NCBI GenBank assembly: GCA_964467585.1
Contig: CAYXRF010000001.1
Location: 67,119 to 131,118, forward strand
DNA: 64,000 nucleotides
Direction of reading: 5' to 3'
From: an uncultured Oscillospiraceae bacterium
GTDB taxonomy: Bacteria; Bacillota; Clostridia; Christensenellales; CAG-138
Shown in pieces: positions 48,534 through 56,589 of the stretch. The notes under the pieces are model-generated. The model saw nothing but the letters and a program-made list of their open reading frames with translations. It had not been told where the DNA came from and did no database searches. Both the position numbers and the translations under genes were made by a program. Position 1 is the first letter of the stretch; the number at the start of each line of letters is the position of its first letter.

Positions 48534-48741
48534 AAAAAAAGCAATGAGTGCATTAGCTTTTTTGGCACAGAGTGCGGCGCCTGCCGCCGATCAACGGTTC
48601 TTCCGAGGTTGTTGTCGCGTTTACAACCCACAAAAGATACGCCGAAGGTATAGGCAGGATTGATTTGCAGCAGAGGCAGAACCCGAAACAAAGCCAAACA
48701 AGCACGCCGAGTAAGCGTATAATTGAGGTGGATAAGTAATT

Positions 48742-49488
48742 ATGGTGCTTGCTGATTTTTTTCAACTTCATCCCAAGGCAGCGCTTGCTTTTTCGGGAGG
48801 TACGGATTCATCGTATCTGCTGTACGCCGCTGTGCGCTGCGGCGCTGATATCCGAGCATATTATGTTAAAACGGCATTTCAACCTCAATTTGAGCTTGAG
48901 GATGCAAACCGTATTGCCGCATTAACAGGCGCGCAGCCGGTGATTATTGACGCTGATATTTTGCGCGATGATATCACGCAAAACAATAACGATCGCTGCT
49001 ATCATTGCAAAAAGCTTATGCTTCAGACCGTGCTTGAACAGGCGCATAATGATGGATATGATATTCTGCTTGACGGCACCAACGCATCCGACAGCGCGAA
49101 TGATCGCGCAGGTATGCGCGCACTTTGCGAGCTTTCGGTGCTGTCTCCTTTGAAAGAATGCGGAATGACCAAGGCGGAGATACGCCGCCTTTCAAAAGAG
49201 GCGGGGCTGTTCACATGGGATAAGCCTGCATATGCGTGCCTTGCCACTCGTATCCCCACGGGCGAAGCAATCACTAAGCAAAAGCTTACTGTTACGGAGC
49301 GGGCGGAGGACTTCCTTTTTTCACTGGGATTTACGGATTTTCGAATTCGATTCATTGAAAAAGCAGCAAGAATTCAGCTGCCCTCATCTCAGCTTGAAAA
49401 GCTTATGGCAAAAAGAGACACAATCGTTACAGAGCTAAAGAAATACTATTCCGATGTGCTGTTGGATTTGGAGGCGCGAAATGGATGA
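48742..49488 (+). CDS. larE: ATP-dependent sacrificial sulfur transferase LarE (PP-loop ATPase)
   Basis: PP-loop AFSGGTDSS, in a conserved larE-larB-larC context. Confidence 0.8.
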   Translation: MVLADFFQLHPKAALAFSGGTDSSYLLYAAVRCGADIRAYYVKTAFQPQFELEDANRIAALTGAQPVIIDADILRDDITQNNNDRCYHCKKLMLQTVLEQAHNDGYDILLDGTNASDSANDRAGMRALCELSVLSPLKECGMTKAEIRRLSKEAGLFTWDKPAYACLATRIPTGEAITKQKLTVTERAEDFLFSLGFTDFRIRFIEKAARIQLPSSQLEKLMAKRDTIVTELKKYYSDVLLDLEARNG

Positions 49489-50233
49489 TTTAAGGCAAAT
49501 ACTTGAAGGAGTAAAGAGAGGAGAGGTTTCTGTTGATGAAGCCGCATTAAAGCTCCGGGAAGCTCCGTTTGAGGATATCGGCTTTGCAAAGGTTGACCTG
49601 CACCGCAGGATACGGCAGGGGGTCGCGGAGGTTGTTTATGGCGCGGGCAAAACTCCGGAGCAGATAATTGCAATTGTCAACACCATGCGGAATAACGGAC
49701 AGGGCACGATACTCATTACAAGGCTTGCCTTGGACGCCGCTGAAGCAGTCGCCAAAAGTGTTGAGCTTACATATCACAATGCAGCCCAAATCGGCGTCAT
49801 CGGCGCACCGCCCGCTCCCAATGGCATTGGCAGGATTGTTATCGCAACGGGCGGTACAAGCGATATTCCCGTTGCGGAGGAAGCGGCGCTGACTGCGGAG
49901 ACGCTCGGCAATGAGGTTACGCGTCTTTATGACGTGGGCGTTGCGGGCTTGCACAGGATGCTTGCGCACATGGATGATATAATGGGCGCAAGCGTAATTA
50001 TTGCCATAGCCGGCATGGAGGGAGCGCTTGCAAGCGTTATCGGAGGGCTTGCAAGCTGTCCCGTTATCGCGGTGCCGACAAGTGTTGGCTATGGCGCATC
50101 GTTTAATGGACTTTCCGCACTGCTTTCAATGCTTAACTCCTGCGCAAGCGGGGTAGCGGTTGTAAACATTGACAACGGCTTTGGCGCCGGATATATGGCG
50201 CACATGATAAATCACATGGAGGCAAAAAAGTGA
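49481..50233 (+). CDS. larB: nickel-pincer cofactor biosynthesis protein LarB (NaAD carboxylase/hydrolase, PurE-like)
   Basis: PurE/AIR-carboxylase-like C-terminal domain (IVIATGGTSDIPVAEEA..., GMEGALASV). The ATG at 49481 overlaps the larE stop. Confidence 0.85.
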   Translation: MDDLRQILEGVKRGEVSVDEAALKLREAPFEDIGFAKVDLHRRIRQGVAEVVYGAGKTPEQIIAIVNTMRNNGQGTILITRLALDAAEAVAKSVELTYHNAAQIGVIGAPPAPNGIGRIVIATGGTSDIPVAEEAALTAETLGNEVTRLYDVGVAGLHRMLAHMDDIMGASVIIAIAGMEGALASVIGGLASCPVIAVPTSVGYGASFNGLSALLSMLNSCASGVAVVNIDNGFGAGYMAHMINHMEAKK

Positions 50234-51504
50234 AAACACTCTATCTGGATTGTCAAATGGGTGCGGCGGGCGATATGCTCGGAGCCGCACTGCTTGAGCT
50301 TCTGTCCGATAAAACAGGCTTTATAAACGAGATAAACGGTATCGGCATACCAAACGTGCAAATAAACTGCATTCCTTCAACAAAGTGCGGCATAGCAGGA
50401 ACCCATATAGAGGTTTTTGTGAACGGCGAGCAGGAGCATACCGATGGAATGCATGACCATGACCATGACCATGACCATGACCACGACCATGACCACGACC
50501 ATGACCACGACCATGACCACGACCATGACCACGACCACGACCATGACCACCATCATCACAGCGGAATACACGAAATAGAGGATATTATCAACGGGCTCAA
50601 CGTGTCCGCAAAGGTTAAAACCGATGTGCTGGGCGTATATAGGCTGATAGCGGAGGCGGAAAGCCACGCGCACGGAGTGCCGGTCGCGGAGATTCACTTT
50701 CACGAGGTTGGCACAATGGACGCGATAGCGGATATCACCATCGTATGTCTGCTTATTGAGCGGCTTGCCCCGCAAAGAATTGTCGTTTCGCCCATCCATG
50801 TGGGCAGCGGCACGGTAAAATGTGCTCACGGTATATTGCCCGTTCCTGCGCCCGCAACAGCATATATACTGCGCGGAGCGCCTATCTACGGCGGAAGCAT
50901 AAGGGGAGAGCTTTGCACTCCCACGGGTGCGGCGCTGCTTAAATATTTTGCAGCATCATTCGGAAGTATGCCCGTTATGACGCCCGAATCCATAGGTTAT
51001 GGCATGGGCACAAAGGACTTTGAGGCAGCCAACTGCGTTCGAGCTTTTTGGGGAGAAACCGAGGATGCAAAGGAGACGGTTTACGAGATTTGCTGCAATG
51101 TTGACGATATGCGAGCCGAGGACGTTGCATTTGCCGTGGAACAACTGCTTGACGCGGGTGCGCTTGACGCATTTACAATACCTGTCGGCATGAAGAAATC
51201 GCGCACAGGCATTTTGATTTGCGTGCTGTGCGCCGAGCAAAAGCGTGAAAGCGTTGTCAATGTGCTCTTTAAGCACACAACCACGATTGGTGTGCGTGAA
51301 AGCAAACGTACAAGATATGTGCTTGATCGGCACATATCTGAGGTGAACACACCATATGGCGTGGTGCGGCAAAAGGTATCCAACGGATATGGCACAACAC
51401 GCTTTAAGCTTGAGTATGATGACATAGCGGCAATAGCAAACGCCAAAGGGCTTACACTTGACGAAGTGAGGGCAATCGTGGAGCACGCTTTGTCGTCTGA
51501 GTGA
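50230..51504 (+). CDS. larC: nickel insertion protein LarC (pyridinium-3,5-bisthiocarboxylic acid mononucleotide nickel chelatase), single-polypeptide form
   Basis: DUF111/LarC N-terminus (LYLDCQMGAAGDM) and a His/Asp-rich metal tract. It overlaps the larB stop by 4 nt. Confidence 0.88.
   Translation: MKTLYLDCQMGAAGDMLGAALLELLSDKTGFINEINGIGIPNVQINCIPSTKCGIAGTHIEVFVNGEQEHTDGMHDHDHDHDHDHDHDHDHDHDHDHDHDHDHDHDHHHHSGIHEIEDIINGLNVSAKVKTDVLGVYRLIAEAESHAHGVPVAEIHFHEVGTMDAIADITIVCLLIERLAPQRIVVSPIHVGSGTVKCAHGILPVPAPATAYILRGAPIYGGSIRGELCTPTGAALLKYFAASFGSMPVMTPESIGYGMGTKDFEAANCVRAFWGETEDAKETVYEICCNVDDMRAEDVAFAVEQLLDAGALDAFTIPVGMKKSRTGILICVLCAEQKRESVVNVLFKHTTTIGVRESKRTRYVLDRHISEVNTPYGVVRQKVSNGYGTTRFKLEYDDIAAIANAKGLTLDEVRAIVEHALSSE
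50452..50559 (+). repeat. in-frame hexanucleotide microsatellite (CAYGAC)x16 plus (CAY)x4 encoding (HD)16-HHHH in LarC
   Basis: Direct reading gives catgac/cacgac units repeated 16 times, then caccatcatcac. Confidence 0.95.
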
Positions 51505-51651
51505 AATATCACAGAACAAAGGTTGACTGACTGCCGCGGCTTTCAGGATGTTGTTGCGCCCATGTTATTAGACGCGGAACGTCCGCATTTCAATTATATT
51601 ATCAGTTTCACCCGCATATATGTAACCAGAAGCTAATTCGGAGGGTGAGAC

Positions 51652-52530
51652 ATGAAGATATTCGTAATAACCAAACGGACGCTTGCAGCAATATGCGCAG
51701 CCGTCATTTTTGTTGTGGCAGCACTGATACTTGTCATTGTGCTAAGCGGAAAAGGAGCTGCGGGTAAAGATGCTTCTAACGGAAAAAGTACAATTGCGCC
51801 CGCTACAACGCCATACGACATGAGAACAAACGCCTCTTTGCTTTCAAGCAGCGATGCATATGAGACGGAGGTGCTTGCGGGGCTGCACAAGGAGCTGCCG
51901 ATTTATTCCGTTGCGCGAAACGACAAGTCCATCGCGCTTACCATCGACGCGGCATGGGAGGACGATAAAACTCCGTTCATACTTGAAACGCTTGCAAAGT
52001 ATAATGTCAAGGCTACTTTTTTCCTGTGCGGATTCTGGGTCAAGGCATATCCCGATCAGGTTAAAGCAATATATGAAGCGGGACACACCATCGGCAACCA
52101 CACGATGACGCATCCCCATATGAATCAGCTGTCGTCAGCGCAGATTCTTGATGAGCTTAAACAGTTTGACGACCTGCTGGAGTCTGTTATCGGCGTGAGG
52201 TCAACGCTTTTTCGTGCGCCGTACGGCGAATATAACGATACGGTTATAAAAACCGTTCGCGCAGCGGGATATGAGATAATCCAATGGAATAACGATACTG
52301 TTGACTGGAAAGCGGAAAGAAGCTCTCAAACAATTCTGGATACAGTTCTGCCAAAGCTTTCGGACGGCTGTATAATATTGTGTCACAACAATGGTTACAC
52401 CATCGAGGAATACCTTCCGACATTGATTGAAACGGCGATGGCACAGGGATTTTCGTTTGTATCCGTCAACGAGCTGCTGCTTGAGGGCGAAACGGTTATC
52501 GACGTAAACGGTGTTCAAAAGCCCGCATGA
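51652..52530 (+). CDS. polysaccharide deacetylase (NodB homology domain), membrane-anchored
   Basis: N-terminal TM and a NodB fold with His motif HTIGNHTMTHP. Motif 1 reads LTIDAAWEDD instead of the canonical TFDDG. Confidence 0.85.
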   Translation: MKIFVITKRTLAAICAAVIFVVAALILVIVLSGKGAAGKDASNGKSTIAPATTPYDMRTNASLLSSSDAYETEVLAGLHKELPIYSVARNDKSIALTIDAAWEDDKTPFILETLAKYNVKATFFLCGFWVKAYPDQVKAIYEAGHTIGNHTMTHPHMNQLSSAQILDELKQFDDLLESVIGVRSTLFRAPYGEYNDTVIKTVRAAGYEIIQWNNDTVDWKAERSSQTILDTVLPKLSDGCIILCHNNGYTIEEYLPTLIETAMAQGFSFVSVNELLLEGETVIDVNGVQKPA

Positions 52531-52894
52531 GATTGAGATGTTAACCCGAAACTGACGGAGCACAGCACAAAGGATAGTTTATACGCACAGTACGGCGCGG
52601 TCAACGATCGCGCCGTCAGACTATAAAAAAATGAATGTCCGCAAAGCGCGTCATGTCACTGCCACGGTGAGGGCTTAATGCACGAAGAAAGACCTCTTAA
52701 CAGATCTCCATCCATTAAAATGGCGTTGTGCATCATTTTTTGCAAATGTCATTTTAACAGTGCTTTACGATGACAGTACGATTTTCCGAGCAGATCCCCA
52801 TCCGGGCTGAGATATATTGCGCTTGCCGTTGTTGCTTTAATCGAATACAGCGATATAATCAAACACATGAGCGAAAGGGTTGGAGGAATGTCGT

Positions 52895-53197
52895 ATGCCG
52901 CAAATACTTGAAGCGATAATGGTCGTAACATTCGGTATATCATGGCCCGTATCTATATGGAAAAGCTACACTGCAAGAACGGCAAGGGGCAAAAGCCCTG
53001 TGTTTCTTGCGCTTATACTTGCAGGATACATATGCGGAATGGCGTCAAAGCTTGCAACAGGAGGAGAATTGCCGTATACGTTTTGGTTTTATCTGGCAAA
53101 CTTCGTTCTCGTGTTCTGCGATCTGTTGCTGTACTTTCGTAACCGTCGGATTGATTTACAAAAGGAAGCGGACGACGCATCACTTGGTGAGCCGTAA
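52895..53197 (+). CDS. small 3-TM PQ-loop/SemiSWEET-like membrane protein
   Basis: The ATG at 52895 has GGAGGA upstream. It has three TM helices with a WP...K.....G.S motif in TM1, resembling PQ-loop repeats. Its 3' end overlaps the convergent dnaI-like gene by 18 nt. Confidence 0.5.
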   Translation: MPQILEAIMVVTFGISWPVSIWKSYTARTARGKSPVFLALILAGYICGMASKLATGGELPYTFWFYLANFVLVFCDLLLYFRNRRIDLQKEADDASLGEP

Positions 53198-54136
53198 GTT
53201 CTGAGAATCAATTTCGATTATCTGTACCGTTCTGGGAGCGACAAGCCTTGAAACCACTCTCGTGCCGTATATTGACGCAAGATCATCGGAGCTGCAGTTG
53301 GTTGCAATAAGCGTTGCCTTGTTTGCATCCTGCCTTTCGCACAGTATTGAAAGGATTGTTTCAACCGTCACGTTGCCAATCATAGGTTCCGCGCCAAGAT
53401 CATCGATTATCAAAAGCTCCGGAAGCAAAAAATCGGGTCTGTCGCCCGCTTCGCTGCGGAAGGAATCCATTACCATCTGTATAAGCTTGTATGAGTTCAG
53501 CTTCAAAACCGAATGCCCGCATCCAAGCGTTCTGCCGCCTATGCAGTTGAGTAAAAAGGTTTTGCCCACGCCCGGCGCACCCATAAAAAGAATATCTCTC
53601 TTTTCGGTATTGGGAAAACCGTCCGCATAGGCAAGGCAATACTCCTTGATTTTTGACATTGCCTTTTTTTGCTTTTCATCTTTGAAAAGCGAAAGATTGA
53701 ATGTGTCAAAGCTTTCAAGCGGATTTAATCCGGAGCCTAAAAACTGTGCGTTAACCGCAAGCTGCAGCATGCATCCGCATATACGGCCGTTAACTCTGCC
53801 CGTATCGCGGCATTCTGCGCAGATGTATTGCTCATCAAGATAATCGGGGGGCAGACCATAGCGCTGAAGCTTGCCGCTCAATTCCGAACGCAGCTTTGCA
53901 ATCATGTCGTTGCCCAAAGACTGAAGCTTTTGCGCCTCCGACGGCATGGTTATCATCTTTGTTGATATTTCAATTGCAACATCGTTAATTTCTTTTTCAA
54001 CAGCAAGAATGTCAGGATGCTTGCTTGCCAATACACGCCTTCGCGCAGCGGAAGCTTCACGCGACGCGCTTTTGCGTGCAACGAGGTTCATCTCCATGTC
54101 GCGGGTAAACGCAACGCCGTTAATCCTTGTCGTCAT
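53180..54136 (-). CDS. dnaI: DnaI/DnaC-like helicase loader (IstB-type AAA+ ATPase)
   Basis: N-terminal zinc module CAECRDTGRVNGRICGC, Walker A GAPGVGKTF and Walker B LLIIDDLG. I chose the ATG at 54136, which has GGAGGAG upstream. Confidence 0.8.
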   Translation of the reverse strand: MTTRINGVAFTRDMEMNLVARKSASREASAARRRVLASKHPDILAVEKEINDVAIEISTKMITMPSEAQKLQSLGNDMIAKLRSELSGKLQRYGLPPDYLDEQYICAECRDTGRVNGRICGCMLQLAVNAQFLGSGLNPLESFDTFNLSLFKDEKQKKAMSKIKEYCLAYADGFPNTEKRDILFMGAPGVGKTFLLNCIGGRTLGCGHSVLKLNSYKLIQMVMDSFRSEAGDRPDFLLPELLIIDDLGAEPMIGNVTVETILSILCERQDANKATLIATNCSSDDLASIYGTRVVSRLVAPRTVQIIEIDSQNLRLTK

Positions 54137-55349
54137 CTTTATAGAACTCCTCCCCAAAGCTTATGCCCATCTGTTTAAGATCGTCTTTGGAATACGAATT
54201 ACCACGCTTATAGCTTGCCTTGCTCTGCTTGTGGGCAAACCCTTCGTTATTTTTCATGTGTGCGTCATAGTATGCACGCGCTGCACTCACTGAAGAGATG
54301 CCCTTATCATGCCATTCCGACACGATACCTTTCATTGCGGAAAACTGCTGACGCATACCCACCGCCAGCTCGGCGGCAAGAAATATAAGCTCCGCGCTAA
54401 TGCGCCAATCAACAATCCACTCGCGCACACAGAGACGATCCTCCGCCGACGGCTTTCGCTTAATGCCCGCACGGGCAAACGCATCACGCGCAACCTCGTA
54501 TATGCGGTCGTCATCCTTCTGCATTTTTGCAATGGCGTCCGCGTTTATCGCGCCCCCCTGTCTCCATGTGTCAAGCACGGAATCAAGATACTTAAAGCTG
54601 GGATTGCCCGCGGCGGTCATCTCGGCGCACGCAAGCTCAATAGATGACGCCTCAAAGCCCCAACCGGAGGTCCACTTCTCATAAAGAGCAAGCTCGTCTT
54701 CTGTGGGCATACGCCTTTTGTTGAGACGCTTCAATATCGCCGCCGCGCCGCCTCTCAGCAGCTTCTCCGCCTCAAAATGCTCCATAACGGCGTCACGCGT
54801 AAGCGCGCCCGCGCCGGAAAGAGTGCGCGCCACCGCATCCATGTACGAAACACTTACTCTCGCTCCCTTAGTATCAAGGCAATGCCGCACTATTTCAATC
54901 GCGGCGGATTGCTCAAAGCCAAACACATCAAGCCAATCGTATATTTTTGAAAGCTCCGCGCCCGAAAGCATACGGGTTCCCAACACAGTCTGCAAGCTGC
55001 CGATAAAAGCGGAATAGCGTGCGTCGCTTGGCAAGGATCGGGTGACGCCGACAGGACTGTATTCCTTTAGGTTAAAATACTGCACCTGCATCGGCTCGTC
55101 GGCAACCACACGCAGAACGCCGCGGGACTCCCAATAGGCATACGCTGCGCGAAGCTCCGAATCGCTTACCGCAAGCGCGGCGGCAATGTCGCTGTCATTG
55201 CAGTGCGGGCATGCCATAAGCATCAGCCCGTACAGATATGCCTTTACCGCAAGCTCCGGTGCATCAGGCATATACTCGGTTATAAAAATATTGTCAACGA
55301 GAGTAACGTCAAACAAACCTTTATCCTTAACAAATACTACCTTTGACAT
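54120..55349 (-). CDS. DnaD-domain replication initiation/membrane attachment protein (DnaB/DnaD-like)
   Basis: The N-terminus (FITEYMPDAPELAVKAYLYGL) and repeated DnaD-like domains lie directly upstream of the dnaI-like gene, as in the Firmicutes dnaB-dnaI operon. Confidence 0.75.
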   Translation of the reverse strand: MSKVVFVKDKGLFDVTLVDNIFITEYMPDAPELAVKAYLYGLMLMACPHCNDSDIAAALAVSDSELRAAYAYWESRGVLRVVADEPMQVQYFNLKEYSPVGVTRSLPSDARYSAFIGSLQTVLGTRMLSGAELSKIYDWLDVFGFEQSAAIEIVRHCLDTKGARVSVSYMDAVARTLSGAGALTRDAVMEHFEAEKLLRGGAAAILKRLNKRRMPTEDELALYEKWTSGWGFEASSIELACAEMTAAGNPSFKYLDSVLDTWRQGGAINADAIAKMQKDDDRIYEVARDAFARAGIKRKPSAEDRLCVREWIVDWRISAELIFLAAELAVGMRQQFSAMKGIVSEWHDKGISSVSAARAYYDAHMKNNEGFAHKQSKASYKRGNSYSKDDLKQMGISFGEEFYKDDDKD

Positions 55350-55632
55350 ATAAACCTCAGGCGGGGGACAAAGAATTTCCGTCTATCGGACGCCGTCCCA
55401 CACTCGTGATATTAGCATAAATCGTCATCCGCGTCAACGCGAATCGTACTGTGTGCGGCTACGGCGGCTTGAGGCTGATATCGACTTGCACGGCATAGCC
55501 TGAAACGAAGCTCGTTTTTGCCGATTTGCCAAAAAACTATATTTAACGGCAATGTTAAACCGCCATTGAAATGAACGACCGTGTATGATACAATACTGTT
55601 GATGTTACGGCATTGACCTTGCCGTTCATCAT

Positions 55633-55768
55633 CCGCTGGGGGTGCCGATTGGCTGAGATAACACCCTTAGAACCTGTGGGATAATACCCTTGAAGGGAAG
55701 CGGTACGGACTTTGACCGAAGAGCGCTTTCGGGTCCTCCGCACCGTGCGGAGGATTTTATTTATATTT
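55633..55768 (+). promoter_or_regulatory. TPP (THI-box) riboswitch with intrinsic terminator expression platform
   Basis: The aptamer at 55633-55703 reads CCGCUGGGGGUGCC...GGCUGAGA...ACCCUUAGAACCUGUGGGAUAAUACCCUUGAAGGGAAGCGG and matches the THI-element core. The terminator CCTCCGCA-CCG-TGCGGAGG (55735-55753) is followed by a T-rich run to 55768. Confidence 0.92.
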
Positions 55769-55779
55769 GGAGGTGCTTT

Positions 55780-56529
55780 ATGAAAAAATGGGTCAAAATT
55801 GTGCTGCTTGTCGCGCTTGCGGTTATATTCGCCGCTGCGCTGACAATCTATCTGACTGACAGTCTTTCGGATGCGGACGCCGATAAGGAAGACGTTGTTA
55901 AGCAAGTCACATGCCTTGTGGTAATGGCGGGCGTTGCGGCGATAGCTCTTGTGTTTTTGCTGTATTCGTTCAATACACTGCATTCCTTCACCACACGCTC
56001 GTTGATTGACGGGGCGCTGTGCATCGCCTTGGCGTTTGTACTGAGCTATATAAAGCTTTGGTCAATGCCAACGGGAGGTTCGATAACGCTTGCTTCAATG
56101 CTTCCGCTGTGTATATATGCAAACAGACACGGCGTTCGGGACGGGCTTATCGCGGGCGTGCTGTATGGGCTCCTTCAGTTCATACAAAACCCATCGTTCC
56201 TGAGCGTATGGCAGTTTCTGTTGGAGTACCCGATTGCCTTTGGCGTGATAGCTCTGGGTGGATTCTTCAAAAAGCTTCCGCTTACAATTTTGGTTAGCTG
56301 CTTCCTTCGGTTTCTTTGCCACTTCTTTGCGTCGATTGTTTTCTGGGGCGAATATCTTTCACAGGATTATTCAAGTCTGTGGATTGCTTCTCTTGTGTAT
56401 AATGGGATCTACATGGGAGTTGACACAGCGATTTGCCTTATAATATCGCTGCTTCCGCCCGTTACAAAGGCGTTGGACAGAATAATGCCCAGACCAAACC
56501 ATAAAGAAAAAGAAGAGTCTGCGGCTTAA
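55780..56529 (+). CDS. thiT: thiamine transporter ThiT (ECF S-component) with about 65-aa two-TM N-terminal extension
   Basis: It lies directly downstream of the TPP riboswitch. It has a ThiT-like core (SYIKLWSMPTGGSITLASMLPL). The ATG at 55780 has GGAGG upstream. Confidence 0.75.
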   Translation: MKKWVKIVLLVALAVIFAAALTIYLTDSLSDADADKEDVVKQVTCLVVMAGVAAIALVFLLYSFNTLHSFTTRSLIDGALCIALAFVLSYIKLWSMPTGGSITLASMLPLCIYANRHGVRDGLIAGVLYGLLQFIQNPSFLSVWQFLLEYPIAFGVIALGGFFKKLPLTILVSCFLRFLCHFFASIVFWGEYLSQDYSSLWIASLVYNGIYMGVDTAICLIISLLPPVTKALDRIMPRPNHKEKEESAA

Positions 56530-56553
56530 CAACATGTGTTGCCAAAACAACAG

Positions 56554-56589
56554 GGGAGGGAGCTACGTCGCGCACCCTCCCATTTTTTT
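56554..56589. terminator. terminator between convergent thiT and priA (likely bidirectional)
   Basis: GGGAGGG (56554-56560) pairs with CCCTCCC (56575-56581). A T7 run follows on the plus strand, and a T-rich tract (CTGTTGTTTTGG) follows on the minus strand. Confidence 0.7.

Noticed and set aside
48534-48741. Possible NiCo or other riboswitch in the 208-nt leader of larE
   Set aside because: There are only short hairpins (GGTTGT/ACAACC) and a possible CCTGCC/GGCAGG plus ATCAA/TTGAT pseudoknot. I could not match any riboswitch consensus I know. This is too weak to call without a covariance-model search.
50377-50829. 150-aa minus-strand ORF containing a (VM/VV) repeat
   Set aside because: It is the antisense reading of the LarC (HD)n microsatellite. 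It is an artefact of the repeat being open in several frames.
52590-52625. Hairpin ACGGCGCG...CGCGCCGT after the deacetylase gene as a terminator
   Set aside because: The 8-bp GC stem is real. On the plus strand it is followed by an A-run rather than a U-run, and on the minus strand the T-run precedes it. It is not a canonical intrinsic terminator, so I did not list it as a feature.
55555-55983. 142-aa minus-strand ORF
   Set aside because: It overlaps the TPP riboswitch and the 5' end of thiT on the opposite strand, and has no SD. The riboswitch plus ThiT interpretation explains the region fully.
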